64,000 nucleotides of DNA. Origin: Candidatus Micrarchaeota archaeon (GTDB taxonomy: Archaea; Micrarchaeota; Micrarchaeia; Micrarchaeales; Micrarchaeaceae). Shown here piece by piece: positions 1-10,302 of the stretch. The stretch is taken from contig JAKAWS010000003.1 in assembly GCA_021816885.1 (NCBI GenBank), positions 5,091 through 69,090 on the forward strand, given 5' to 3'. Made by a program: the position numbers and the translations under genes. Position 1 is the first letter of the stretch. The number at the start of each line of letters is the position of its first letter. The notes beneath the pieces are model-generated. The model worked only from the letters and a program-made list of their open reading frames with translations. It was not told where the DNA came from and made no database searches.

Positions 1-95
1 TACAGAACAGACTCCAAGGAGTCGAGATAGAAGCAAAAAAGAACAAATCGAAGGATGATAAGACAGACATAATGGAGAGTCTTTGAGGGCAGTAT

Positions 96-884
96 ATGGT
101 AACTATAATACGCGTATCAAAAAAAGTAAGACTCGACAAACCTGTATTAGTAGTAGGCCTGCCAGGAGTTGGCAATGTTGGAAGGATGGTGGTAAAGAAT
201 ATGATAAAGGAGTGCAAGGCAGAGCGATTTGCGACCTTGAATTCAGACCACCTCCCTCACAAAGTGATAATGAAAAAAGATGGGACACTACGAGTGGTAA
301 ACAACCGTTTTTATTATATAAAATCTAAAAAGAGAGGCGCTAATGACATAGTGCTACTGACCGGAGACGACCAGCCTATGACTCCGGAAGGCCAATACGA
401 GGTCAACAAAAAAATTGTTGATTTCTTCATGAACGAGCTGCACGGCACTTTCGTGTATACAATAGGCGGATACAACAACGTAGCTGCAAACACCACAGAA
501 AACGGAATAAAGGTATTCGGAAACGCAACAAATAAAAACGTGTTGGCCGCATTCAAGTCAGACGACGTGGTCTTTGGAGAATCAAAGGGATTTATACTCG
601 GCTCGGCTGGAATGATTGTCGCATTTGCAAAAGAGGCAAACCTTCCAGGAATATGCTTGATGGGCGAGTCCAGATCCATAGACATAGACCCCCCGGCTGC
701 AAAACGTGTGACGGAACTAATATCGAAGAGGCTCGGTGTTTCTGTAAAAACAGGGGAATTCGACAGAATGTCAGATAAGCTAGAGAAGATGGTTAACAGG
801 CTGACATCCGAGATGCAGGGGGTTAGTGGCGACCAGCAGCCAATCCCGTTGCACCAGGAAGACCCATTCTCTTATATCAGATGA
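96..884 (+). CDS. PAC2-family protein (archaeal proteasome-assembly-chaperone-like)
   Basis: 262 aa. N-terminus has the V.L.KPVLVVGLPGVGNVG motif typical of archaeal PAC2/DUF75 proteins. Confidence 0.55.
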   Translation: MVTIIRVSKKVRLDKPVLVVGLPGVGNVGRMVVKNMIKECKAERFATLNSDHLPHKVIMKKDGTLRVVNNRFYYIKSKKRGANDIVLLTGDDQPMTPEGQYEVNKKIVDFFMNELHGTFVYTIGGYNNVAANTTENGIKVFGNATNKNVLAAFKSDDVVFGESKGFILGSAGMIVAFAKEANLPGICLMGESRSIDIDPPAAKRVTELISKRLGVSVKTGEFDRMSDKLEKMVNRLTSEMQGVSGDQQPIPLHQEDPFSYIR

Positions 885-1005
885 ATGCGCGCCAGTCATC
901 TAGCCTGGTAGGATATCAGCTTCCCAAACCCGGAAAAAGCTGAATGCCCGGGTCCAAATCCCGGCTGGCGCAAAACCATGCAGATCCAAAGACATGGCTG
1001 CTTAC

Positions 1006-1680
1006 CTATACCAGCAAGACAAGCACGCTTACCAAGCTCCCAAAAACGCTTCCGAAAAAGTTAGAGCTGAACTTGTTCCCAATTCCTCTTTCCTCAAACC
1101 ATCCAAGGAATGAATCGAACAGAGTCCCGGCAAAACCGCCTATTGCTATCACCCCTATGAGGTAATACATGTTTACGGAAATATACTGGTGCACAAACAC
1201 CACAAGCACAGCTATCAGAAAACTGCCAATAAAGCCAGCCACAAGCCCTAGCCATGTTATCCCGCCTGAGACCCCCTTATCAACCTTCTTAAACCCTATT
1301 ATAGACCTTGGAAATCCGTCAAGGACGCCTATCTCGCTGCTGAACTTGTCAGATGTGACTGCAGCCAACCCACTAAAGAACCCCAAAAGTGCAATCTGGC
1401 CCACATGCGGATATGTGTTTCTTGATAAAAAGTAAACAAAAATCATCAAAAGCGGCCAAGAACCGTTCGCAAGCACGTTCTTTATCCCCCTCTTTTTCTC
1501 ATATAGTCCTGCCCTTTTCTTATAACTGTGTCCAGTCTGGGTTACTGCGGCAGACAGAAATAGAAAGTAGAGCATGGCAAGTACGAAGAAGAGGCCGAGT
1601 TGCCCTCCAAACACCAAGAACAAACCACCCATAGCTACTGCAGCAACAACAGCAGGTCCATCAAGAGTCAAAAGCGTCAT
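1006..1680 (-). CDS. DUF92/TMEM19-like integral membrane protein
   Basis: 224 aa, 6-7 hydrophobic segments, glycine-rich motifs as in DUF92. Confidence 0.45.
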   Translation of the reverse strand: MTLLTLDGPAVVAAVAMGGLFLVFGGQLGLFFVLAMLYFLFLSAAVTQTGHSYKKRAGLYEKKRGIKNVLANGSWPLLMIFVYFLSRNTYPHVGQIALLGFFSGLAAVTSDKFSSEIGVLDGFPRSIIGFKKVDKGVSGGITWLGLVAGFIGSFLIAVLVVFVHQYISVNMYYLIGVIAIGGFAGTLFDSFLGWFEERGIGNKFSSNFFGSVFGSLVSVLVLLV

Positions 1681-1911
1681 ACAAACCGGCCTACCACGGA
1701 AAAACCTTGCATACTTCCACTATTATAAAAAGCATTTTAAATATATACCTGGCATATTATATTACGGGTTCTACAGAAGAATTTCGTGAAGAACTGGTCG
1801 CCTTGCCAGCGCCTAAAAGCGCTGGCACTATTTCTTCGCAGAACGATATCTATCAGATACCAACCTATTTATTCTTTCAGATACAGAATCTATTGCTTGT
1901 TTTGTGGTTTG

Positions 1912-2862
1912 ATGGTCAGAGAGAAGGCAATAAGGGAGCTGGAAGACCTACCTGGAATAGGCGAGGCCAGCACAGAAAAGCTGAAAAGTGCAGGGATAAC
2001 CACACTGGAAAGTGTTGCGGTACTGAGCCCGCACGAGCTTTCAGAGATATCGGGAATAAACGTAGAGGCAGCAAAGAAGGCAATAGCTGCAGCAAAGTCC
2101 GCTACGCATATAGAGTACGAGACTGCTGCGGCAGTCTCAAAAAAGAGGGAGGAACTCGGGAAAATAACCACAAACTCAAAAAATCTCAATGAACTCATAG
2201 GAGGGGGGGTCGAGACAAACGCAATAACGGAGGTATACGGCAAGTTTGCCAGCGGGAAGACCCAGATAGGGTTCCAGCTGGCAGTCAATGTGCAACTCCC
2301 CAAGAACAAGGGGGGTTTGGACGGAAGCTGCCTATTCATAGACACCGAGGGAACATTTCGGCCGGAACGTATCAAAGACATGGCCGAAGGGTCAGGACTT
2401 AAGGAATCAGAAGTGTTAGAGAAAATAATAGTGGTAAGAGCCCCGACTACTGACAAGCAGGTGCTTACTGCAGAAAGAGCAGACAAGATTATAGAAGAGC
2501 ACAACATCAAACTCATAATAGTGGACTCAATGATGTCTCTTTTCAGATCGGAGTTCATAGGCAGGGGCTCTCTGGGAGAGCGCCAACAGAAGCTAAACAC
2601 ACATGTCCACCAGCTTCAGAGGCTGGCAGATAAGTACAACATTGCGATATACATTACAAACCAAGTAATGGACAATCCCGGCATACTATTCGGTGACCCG
2701 ACTACGCCTGTGGGTGGAAACATCCTGGCGCATGCAGCTACTACCCGTCTATACATAAGGAAGAGCAAAGAGGAGAAGAGGATAGTGCGGCTGGTCGACT
2801 CGCCAAGCATGCCTGACGGAGAATGCATAATAAAAATAACCACAAAAGGAGTATCCGACTAG
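1912..2862 (+). CDS. radA: DNA repair and recombination protein RadA
   Basis: HhH N-domain (LEDLPGIGEASTEKL), Walker A GKFASGKTQ, and LFIDTEGTFRPERI. The ORF-track start at 1786 adds a non-conserved leader; the likely start is the ATG at 1912 (MVREKAIREL). Confidence 0.95.
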   Translation: MVREKAIRELEDLPGIGEASTEKLKSAGITTLESVAVLSPHELSEISGINVEAAKKAIAAAKSATHIEYETAAAVSKKREELGKITTNSKNLNELIGGGVETNAITEVYGKFASGKTQIGFQLAVNVQLPKNKGGLDGSCLFIDTEGTFRPERIKDMAEGSGLKESEVLEKIIVVRAPTTDKQVLTAERADKIIEEHNIKLIIVDSMMSLFRSEFIGRGSLGERQQKLNTHVHQLQRLADKYNIAIYITNQVMDNPGILFGDPTTPVGGNILAHAATTRLYIRKSKEEKRIVRLVDSPSMPDGECIIKITTKGVSD

Positions 2863-5258
2863 AGGATCTTTGCATCAACTACCGCGACTTTCTGTTCAAG
2901 ACTCACAAGCCTCACCCCACTTGCATTCCTTCCTGTCTTCCTTATTGAAGATACTGATATCTCTATCGATACCCCGTTAGAGTTCACTATCAGGAGACGG
3001 TCACTAGCTTTGCAAGCTATAACCTTTACCACATCGCCAATTTTCTGGTTTATCTTTATGTTGAGCACCCCCTTGCCTCCCCTTTTCTGCAACCTGTAAT
3101 CAGATATTCCAGTACACTTTCCGTAACCGTTCTTCGTCACAGTCAGTACCAAAGAATCGCTGGCAACACTTATTATTCCAACTACCTCATCATCCTTGCC
3201 AAGCCTTATCCCACGCACCCCCAGCGCCATCTTGCCCATGCTTCTTAGGTTCTCGGAAGGGAAGCGCAGGCCCTTGCCATTCCTTGTGGCTATGAATAGT
3301 TCAGAACCAGGAGCGCTTATGCATATCCCTGCCAACTTATCATTGTCCATCTCCGGAAGCACCTTTATTCCGTTTGACCTAGGACGCGAGAAAGCTTCAC
3401 CCCGTACCTTTTTTATTCTCCCGGTCTTGGTTGTAAAGATCAGGAACTTGTCTGCAAAGTCCCTTGTGCTTATCATGTTTATTATGTTTTCTCCCTGTTC
3501 TATGTTAATCAGGTTTATTATCGCCTTTCCAGAGCCGTATCTACTGCTTGCTGGCACTCCATACGCCTTAAGCCAGTATACCTTCCTTTTGTCAGTTACA
3601 ACGAGCAGGTAGTCCTTTGACATGCAGGATATGATTCCTACTACATAGTCACCTTCCTTCAACTCCATGCTCATGACTCCTCTTCCGCCCCTTCCCTGTT
3701 CTTTGTACGCTGAAGCCGGCAGTCTCTTCACATAGTTGTTTTTTGTGCGTATTATTACAGATTCTTCGTCTTTTATCAGGTCCTCGTTATCTATGCTCAT
3801 ATCCTCAAGATCTGAATCTATCCTTGTTCTCCTTTCCCTCCCATAAGCGCCCTTTACATAAACCGTCTCCTCCTTTATTATCTCATACACATATTTGTCG
3901 TCCGAAAGTACGAGTTCATCCTTTCCTATCTCCTTTTTGAGCAGGCTTATCTCATTTTTTATAGTGCCTTCCTCCAAAGAGGTCAGCCTCCTAAGCTGCA
4001 TCTCAAGTATTGCATCAGACTGCCTCTCACTTAGCTTATACTCCGAGGATAGTCTTGCACGTGCTCCTTTCGTATCAGAACTCCCCTTTATCAGCTGTAC
4101 TATTTCCTCTATGTTGTCTATTGCTACAGCCAATCCCTCAAGTATATGTACCCTATCCTTTGCCTTTTCGAGGTCGTAGACAGTCCTGTTCTTTACAACT
4201 TCAACCCTGTGCTGCACAAAGACCTTTATGGAATCCTTGATATTCATTGTAAGGAGCCGGTTTCCGATTACGGCAATGTTCATCACCGGGTTTGTAACCT
4301 GAAGGTTTGTGTGTGTGTAGATAAGGTTTGTAATAAGCTCCACATTTGCATCCTTCTTCATCCCTATGACAACGCGTATGCCATCCTTGCTGCTTTCGTC
4401 CCTCAGGAAGCCCACTCCTGTTATAACCTTGTCCCTAACTAGGGCAGCAATCCTCTCTACAAGCTGCGCCTTGTTAACATTATACGGAATTTCCTTTATT
4501 ATAAGATTTACCGAACCCTTCTCGTGTTCTATTTCTACTATTCCCCTTAAGGTCACTGAGCCTCTTCCAGTAAGGTACGACCTCATAAGTCCTGCATCCA
4601 TGAATGCGCTCCCCCCCGTAGGGAAATCCGGTCCTTTTATGTACTCCATCAGCCCTTCTGGACCTATCTCTTTGTTGTCTATGTAAGCGCATACCGCATC
4701 GCACACTTCTGCCAGATTATGCGGGAGAATATTTGTCGCCACCCCAACAGCTATGCCTGCCGAACCGTTTACGAGCAAGTTTGGTATCTTTGACGGCAGG
4801 ACCACCGGCTCTTCCTCTGTGTTGTCGAAGTTCTGCACAAACTTCACAGAGCGCTTTTCTATATCCTCTAACATCTCCTCAGCGATCTTCTGCGTCCTAA
4901 CCTCTGTGTAACGCTGTGCGGCCGGCGGATCACCATCTATAGAGCCCATGTTGCCCTGTCCTTCGACAAGCGGATGATTGAAAGAGAAATCCTGCGCCAT
5001 CCTGATTAGGGTCTCGTAGACCGCCATATCGCCATGCGGATGGAACTTTCCAAGCACTTCTCCGACCACTCTCGCGCTCTTCTTTGTCGGCTGGTCATGG
5101 GTGTTCTTTATCATATACATTGCATAAAGTATCCTTCGCTGCGCTGGTTTGAGGCCGTCTCTAGCGTCAGGAAGAGCGCGCCCAACAATCACGCTCATTG
5201 CGTAGTCTATGTAGCTTGACTGTATCTCAGTCTCTATCGATACCTCGATGTTTTGCAT
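2859..5258 (-). CDS. gyrA: DNA gyrase subunit A
   Basis: 799 aa. N-terminus YAMSVIVGRALPDARDGLKPAQRRILYAM includes the active-site Tyr region; a C-terminal beta-pinwheel follows. Confidence 0.95.
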   Translation of the reverse strand: MQNIEVSIETEIQSSYIDYAMSVIVGRALPDARDGLKPAQRRILYAMYMIKNTHDQPTKKSARVVGEVLGKFHPHGDMAVYETLIRMAQDFSFNHPLVEGQGNMGSIDGDPPAAQRYTEVRTQKIAEEMLEDIEKRSVKFVQNFDNTEEEPVVLPSKIPNLLVNGSAGIAVGVATNILPHNLAEVCDAVCAYIDNKEIGPEGLMEYIKGPDFPTGGSAFMDAGLMRSYLTGRGSVTLRGIVEIEHEKGSVNLIIKEIPYNVNKAQLVERIAALVRDKVITGVGFLRDESSKDGIRVVIGMKKDANVELITNLIYTHTNLQVTNPVMNIAVIGNRLLTMNIKDSIKVFVQHRVEVVKNRTVYDLEKAKDRVHILEGLAVAIDNIEEIVQLIKGSSDTKGARARLSSEYKLSERQSDAILEMQLRRLTSLEEGTIKNEISLLKKEIGKDELVLSDDKYVYEIIKEETVYVKGAYGRERRTRIDSDLEDMSIDNEDLIKDEESVIIRTKNNYVKRLPASAYKEQGRGGRGVMSMELKEGDYVVGIISCMSKDYLLVVTDKRKVYWLKAYGVPASSRYGSGKAIINLINIEQGENIINMISTRDFADKFLIFTTKTGRIKKVRGEAFSRPRSNGIKVLPEMDNDKLAGICISAPGSELFIATRNGKGLRFPSENLRSMGKMALGVRGIRLGKDDEVVGIISVASDSLVLTVTKNGYGKCTGISDYRLQKRGGKGVLNIKINQKIGDVVKVIACKASDRLLIVNSNGVSIEISVSSIRKTGRNASGVRLVSLEQKVAVVDAKIL

Positions 5259-5266
5259 AAAAAAAC

Positions 5267-7156
5267 CTATATGTCAAGGAATGAGACCTCCGTCGAATGC
5301 TCTTCCAAGAACCTTCGCCGCGGCTGCACGTCTATTCCCATAAGGACGCTGAACAGCGTATCTGCCAGCTCAGCATCCTTCACAGTTATCTTTTTCAGTA
5401 TTCTATTCTGGCTGTTCATGGTCGTTTCCCAGAGCTGGTCGGGGTTCATCTCCCCCAGACCCTTATATCTTTGTATTTTGGCCTTCGGATTGGTCTTAAC
5501 AAGCGCCTCCATCTCCTTGTCCGAATATACATACTTTGCCTCTTTTCCGAAGCTTATCCGATAAAGTGGCGGCTGCGCCACGTACACAAATCCTTTGTCT
5601 ATGAGCTGCTTCATGTATCTATACAAAAAGGTCAGTAGCAATGTCTTTATGTGGCTTCCATCAACATCGGCATCAGTAAGCAATATGACCTTTCCGTACC
5701 TCATCTTCGATATGTCGAAATCATCGCCAATCCCGGTGCCGAAGGCAGTGACCATCGCCCGTATCTCGGCGTTTCCGAAAATCTTGTCCTTTCCTGCCTT
5801 CTCTACATTAAGTATCTTACCCTTAAGCGGTAGTATTGCCTGCGTGAACCTGTCCCTGCCCTGTTTGCTGGAACCAGCAGCGCTCTCTCCCTCCACTATA
5901 AATATCTCGGTCCTGGAAGGATCGCTCTCGGTGCAGTCGGAGAGTTTGCCAGGAAGGACAGCACTATCAAACATGTTCTTCTTCCTTGCAATGTCTCGCG
6001 CGTTACGTGCCGCCTCTCTGGCTACCGCCGCCCTTAAAACGCTCTCCATTATTTTAGAAGCATCAGAAGGGTTCTCTTCTAGATGCCTGACAAGCAACTG
6101 GTAGACTACATTATCGACAATTGCCCTGATGTTCTGAGAGCCCAGTTTTTCTTTTGTTTGGCCTTCGAACTCAGGATCATGCATGAGAACAGAAACCACA
6201 CACACAAGCCCTTCCCTGCAATCATCCCCTTCAACAGGGACGATCTTCTTCGAATTCTTTTGTATGTAGCCAAGTATTGCCCTGCTGAGCGCAGAATGGA
6301 AGCCGGCGACATGGGTACCTCCTTCAGGTGTCTTCACATTGTTCACAAAGGAGACGAGCTTCTCGCTGTAGCTCTTCACATATGTCATTGCGACATTCAC
6401 TGCTACGGAGTCAGATTCCTTTGAGAGTATTATCGGCTTGCCGATTCTTTCTTTGTCTCCGGCAAGTATGTCAAGCAAGTCGACGATTCCGCGCTCAGAG
6501 CGGAAGGTTTCCCTCTCTTCGGACTCGCCTCTCAGGTCTGTAAACTCTATCTTAAGACCTGGGTTCAATATCGCGATGTCTCTGATGTGTTCTTTCATGA
6601 ACATAGTGTCAAAACTCCGCGATGAGAATATCGTGGCATCAGGTTTGAATCTGACTGTGGTGCCGGTAGAAGAGGCATTTCCTATTATCTCCAAGCTTCC
6701 GACCGGAGTGCCTTTGGAGAAGCGCTGCCTGTATTCGGTTCCATTTCTCCTTACCTTTACTTCAGTATACTCCGAAAGGGCGTTTATCACAGTAAGCCCG
6801 ACGCCGTGAAGACCGCCAGACACTTTGTATATCCTATCGTTGAATTTGGCGCCTGAATGCAGCGAAGTCATTATAGTTTCGAGGGCAGACCTTCCATCTA
6901 TCGAATCCACAGGTATGCCTCTGCCATCATCGCTGACTTCAGCCCAATCCATCCCATCCTCTTTGCCGACTGTCACTGTTATGTTTTTACAATATCCAGC
7001 GACAGCTTCGTCAACAGCGTTGTCTACCAGTTCATAAAGGAGGTGGAGCATGCCAGCGCTTCCAGTAGACCCGATGTACATCGCAGGGCGTTTCCGAACA
7101 CCCATCGTGCCGGAAAGCACTACTATATCCTTTGCGCTATAGCTATCTTCGCTCAT
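5267..7156 (-). CDS. gyrB: DNA gyrase subunit B
   Basis: 629 aa. GHKL ATPase motifs (LHLLYELVDNAVDE, GLHGVG), Toprim EGESA, PLKGKILNVEKA. Lies directly upstream of gyrA in the same orientation. Confidence 0.95.
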   Translation of the reverse strand: MSEDSYSAKDIVVLSGTMGVRKRPAMYIGSTGSAGMLHLLYELVDNAVDEAVAGYCKNITVTVGKEDGMDWAEVSDDGRGIPVDSIDGRSALETIMTSLHSGAKFNDRIYKVSGGLHGVGLTVINALSEYTEVKVRRNGTEYRQRFSKGTPVGSLEIIGNASSTGTTVRFKPDATIFSSRSFDTMFMKEHIRDIAILNPGLKIEFTDLRGESEERETFRSERGIVDLLDILAGDKERIGKPIILSKESDSVAVNVAMTYVKSYSEKLVSFVNNVKTPEGGTHVAGFHSALSRAILGYIQKNSKKIVPVEGDDCREGLVCVVSVLMHDPEFEGQTKEKLGSQNIRAIVDNVVYQLLVRHLEENPSDASKIMESVLRAAVAREAARNARDIARKKNMFDSAVLPGKLSDCTESDPSRTEIFIVEGESAAGSSKQGRDRFTQAILPLKGKILNVEKAGKDKIFGNAEIRAMVTAFGTGIGDDFDISKMRYGKVILLTDADVDGSHIKTLLLTFLYRYMKQLIDKGFVYVAQPPLYRISFGKEAKYVYSDKEMEALVKTNPKAKIQRYKGLGEMNPDQLWETTMNSQNRILKKITVKDAELADTLFSVLMGIDVQPRRRFLEEHSTEVSFLDI

Positions 7157-7399
7157 CGTCTACCATCGTAAAAAAGAAAGAAATTTTATCTGTTTGATAA
7201 TCGGATTTTAGATTTATATCCCTTTTGGTATGTCGGTAGGATGGGAGGGATCTGTCCTGGAATGGTTGCCCGAACCAGCCAAAACCAGCAAGCAAAAGGC
7301 ACATACAAAGTATGCGATGACAGAGATAACTTTCCATGGCACAGTAAATGATTTCGACAAAACCAATGTTTTTATACTATTGTTTGCCATCGTATCGCG

Positions 7400-8437
7400 A
7401 TGACAATGCAACAGTGCAGGAACGAAGCGAACGCCACTTCGTCGCAGATTTCCCAGAGAGAGATAAATAAATTCATCCGGAAAAGGTCTGGCCAAAAACC
7501 GATTCTCAAATCATCCGGGTTTGCAACAGGGCATCGAAAACCTTCCGGAAAAGCGTTTCGTCAGAAAGCGCAGTCAGCGATGGAATATCTGATGACATAC
7601 GGGTGGGCGATACTCATCATCGCGATTGTGCTGGTTGCGTTCTTCTCCCTTAACCTCTTCAACCCATACACGTTCTCCCCGAAGGCAAGTCCGGGAAGCT
7701 GCCAGATACTAAGACCGAACGGGCCGGGCAGCAACCTGTTCGTTTCTGCGGTGGGACCGACATGCACCACCAACGAGATACCGCAGTATGTAGCCAAGTT
7801 TAATGGAGTGAGTAGTGTCATCAGCACCGGAACTGCCGGACTGCCTATTGGCTCAAGTTCTTTTTCCGTATTTGCGTGGATAAATATTCCTTCAATAATT
7901 CCTACATATTATTCTATTTATGATTATGGAAGCTCAAATACTGGGAATTATATTGAGTTATGGATTAATGGGCAGTGTTCTCCTTCTCCTTGTTTAGCCC
8001 TAAGCACTACTTCCAGCGCCGAACGTGGGCAGTACCTAGATCCATTGATAACATCAGGAGCATGGAAACTTGTAGGGTTTACTTATTCTGCTGGAGCAAC
8101 TACTCAGACATTTTATACCAATAACGTTGCAAATGTCACTTCATGGGGCATACTTACTACGTCATCCCAGATACCGTCATATATTGGTGACGGGCACTGG
8201 GGCAGTCTTACCGGCCTAATCGCAAATGTGCAGATTTACAACACATCCTTATCTCAATCAGAGGTTACTGCATTGTACCAGGAAGGTATCGGAGGTGCGC
8301 CAATAGACCTACGGCACCTCGTCGGTTGGTGGCCGCTGAACGGGAACTCGAACGACTACTCCGGAAACGGCAACAACGGCGTTCCTACCAATGTAATCTT
8401 CACATCCAACTGGGAGAATGGCTACAGCAGCCCGTGA
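7400..8437 (+). CDS. Pilin-like protein with a class III (prepilin-type) signal sequence and a LamG/concanavalin-like domain
   Basis: KAQSAMEYLMTYGWAILIIAIVLVAF matches the archaeal type IV pilin/archaellin N-terminal signal. The C-terminus has the LamG-type motif GSLTGLIANVQIYNTSLSQSEVTALYQEG. The true start is uncertain: the ATG at 7400 gives a 54-aa basic leader, and the internal ATG at 7580 is the alternative. Confidence 0.6.
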   Translation: MTMQQCRNEANATSSQISQREINKFIRKRSGQKPILKSSGFATGHRKPSGKAFRQKAQSAMEYLMTYGWAILIIAIVLVAFFSLNLFNPYTFSPKASPGSCQILRPNGPGSNLFVSAVGPTCTTNEIPQYVAKFNGVSSVISTGTAGLPIGSSSFSVFAWINIPSIIPTYYSIYDYGSSNTGNYIELWINGQCSPSPCLALSTTSSAERGQYLDPLITSGAWKLVGFTYSAGATTQTFYTNNVANVTSWGILTTSSQIPSYIGDGHWGSLTGLIANVQIYNTSLSQSEVTALYQEGIGGAPIDLRHLVGWWPLNGNSNDYSGNGNNGVPTNVIFTSNWENGYSSP

Positions 8438-8624
8438 ATGTATCTATGGTTTGTTGTGTTGGGTGAATCCTAATCCCTGACGCCGTGGTTATTATCAGTA
8501 TCCTGCCCTACACAAAAGGTTTATGGTTTGTCAGCCATATGCGTAAAGCGGTTTTGATGTGCCTGCATACAATTGCAACCCCTTAAAATTTTTCCATACA
8601 AATATAATCAGATCAGAACAAGAC

Positions 8625-9035
8625 ATGGTGATGCAGATCAACAGAAAATTTATAGAGCTCGGGTTTATCGTAGCTGCACTTGTAGATGCCATTTACTTAT
8701 CGATAGAACACTTCTTCCATGGCATATTATCGTGCTCCGCGTTCGGCCTGATAAACTGCCAGTTGGTACTGACAAGCAGGTTTTCCGCGATATTTGGCAT
8801 ACCTATAGCGTTCATGGCCCTTACATGGTCAATACTTCTGTTTGCGGTTGTGTACTTGGGCCTAAAGAACAAAGCGATTGTCTACGCTCTTCTGACGGTG
8901 GGAGCATTAGGCGTCATATATTCTATTACTGCACAATGGTCACTTGGACACATATGCGAATACTGCACGGTGTTGGATGTCCTTATAGCAATAATCATAG
9001 CGATACACATGTTAATGGCCGATAAGCATGGATAA
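8625..9035 (+). CDS. VKOR-family (vitamin K epoxide reductase-like) membrane thiol-disulfide oxidoreductase
   Basis: ~137 aa with 4 TM segments. Loop cysteines (SCSAFGLINC) plus an intramembrane CEYC (CXXC) motif. The ORF-track GTG start at 8559 is probably too early; the ATG at 8625 is preferred. Confidence 0.55.
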   Translation: MVMQINRKFIELGFIVAALVDAIYLSIEHFFHGILSCSAFGLINCQLVLTSRFSAIFGIPIAFMALTWSILLFAVVYLGLKNKAIVYALLTVGALGVIYSITAQWSLGHICEYCTVLDVLIAIIIAIHMLMADKHG

Positions 9036-10161
9036 AGACATAACAATAAGGGACGCGATACTGGGCGACATCAAAATAAACGACACAGAGCGGAAGATAA
9101 TCGATGATCCGCACTTTCAAAGGCTAAGGTACATACGGCAGGTAGGTTTCCTTTATCTTACATATCCCGGCGCAAATCATACTCGCTTTGAGCATTCCAT
9201 CGGCACCATGAAAGTCACGAAGGACATCTGCGAGGCGTTGGGGATAGAGAACGCGGAACTCGCGGTGAGCGGATTACTGCACGACATAGGCCATGCTCCG
9301 TTTTCACACCAATCCGAAGACATAATGAAGCGCTATCTCCACAAGGACCACGAACAGGTAGGTGCAGAGATAATCAGCAAAAGTTCGATCCGCGACAAGA
9401 TATCAGACTCAAATCTCTCGTACAAGAAACTAATCTCCTACATAAAAGGCGCACACCCAAGCGAGATAATATGCGGAGCTGTTGGCTCGGACAGGATAGA
9501 CTACCTTGTCAGAGACTCATATTACACTGGCACCGCATACGGTATGATAGAGACTGACAGGATAAAGGGCAAAATGGCGATATCTGGGGGACATCTCGGC
9601 ATAAAAGAGAGCGGCCTGCAAGTCGCAGAATCCATACTCATAGCGCGCTATTACATGTTTATATCTGCATATACGCACCACACAACCATAATAGCAGGAG
9701 GGATGTTCGACAGGGCGCTGGATCTTGCCATAGGTGCCGGAGAGATAGACCCGAAAAGCATACTAAACGAGAGCGACTATTCCATAATGGCCAGACTTGC
9801 CGCCTCGGAGACCGAAGCATCTAAGATATCCAAGAGAATAACGGAACGCCGCCTCCTGAAGAGAATATACTACAAACCAATCCACGAGAATGACTTGGCA
9901 GAGAAGGTGCGCGAAAAGGTATCGACACTAGACATAGACCAGGATAACACAATAATAAGAGCGATAAAACTGAAGGGCGGATCGGATGACATCGACATAA
10001 TCGACAAGAACAGAAAAATCTCAGGCAAGCTCAGCGAAAAGTCCGAACTTTTCGCAAAGCTCAGCGAGACGATGAGGAACAGAACGATGCTGCTTGTAGC
10101 AGCAGAGGAGAAGGATAGAAAGAAGGTAGAGGCAGCAACATCGAAGATTTTGGGTGCATAA
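9028..10161 (+). CDS. HD-domain phosphohydrolase (dNTP triphosphohydrolase-like)
   Basis: RFEHSIGT ... LLHDIGHAPFSH HD motifs. 377 aa. Confidence 0.7.
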   Translation: MDKDITIRDAILGDIKINDTERKIIDDPHFQRLRYIRQVGFLYLTYPGANHTRFEHSIGTMKVTKDICEALGIENAELAVSGLLHDIGHAPFSHQSEDIMKRYLHKDHEQVGAEIISKSSIRDKISDSNLSYKKLISYIKGAHPSEIICGAVGSDRIDYLVRDSYYTGTAYGMIETDRIKGKMAISGGHLGIKESGLQVAESILIARYYMFISAYTHHTTIIAGGMFDRALDLAIGAGEIDPKSILNESDYSIMARLAASETEASKISKRITERRLLKRIYYKPIHENDLAEKVREKVSTLDIDQDNTIIRAIKLKGGSDDIDIIDKNRKISGKLSEKSELFAKLSETMRNRTMLLVAAEEKDRKKVEAATSKILGA

Positions 10162-10270
10162 TCTAAACTTTATTGCATATGGTATGTCAGTCTATCAGAG
10201 CAGATCTGCCGCTTTTTGATAATGCCATAATCGCATCGCAACAAATCCACCGCAACCAAGACATCCAAAC

Positions 10271-10280
10271 AAATAAAAAA
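10271..10280 (+). promoter_or_regulatory. TATA-like box (aaataaaaaa) centred about -27 from tRNA-Lys
   Basis: A/T box at the canonical archaeal distance upstream of the mature 5' end at 10303. Confidence 0.4.
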
Positions 10281-10302
10281 CATTACAAACAAAAAGAGCT
10301 GT

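Noticed and set aside
1890-2600. 236-aa minus-strand ORF inside the radA region
   Set aside because: Antisense to a highly conserved radA reading frame; low-complexity Ser/Leu-rich translation typical of a shadow ORF.
8573-9025. 150-aa alternative-frame ORF overlapping the VKOR gene
   Set aside because: Arg/Cys-rich shadow frame; the other frame has clear TM helices and VKOR cysteine motifs.
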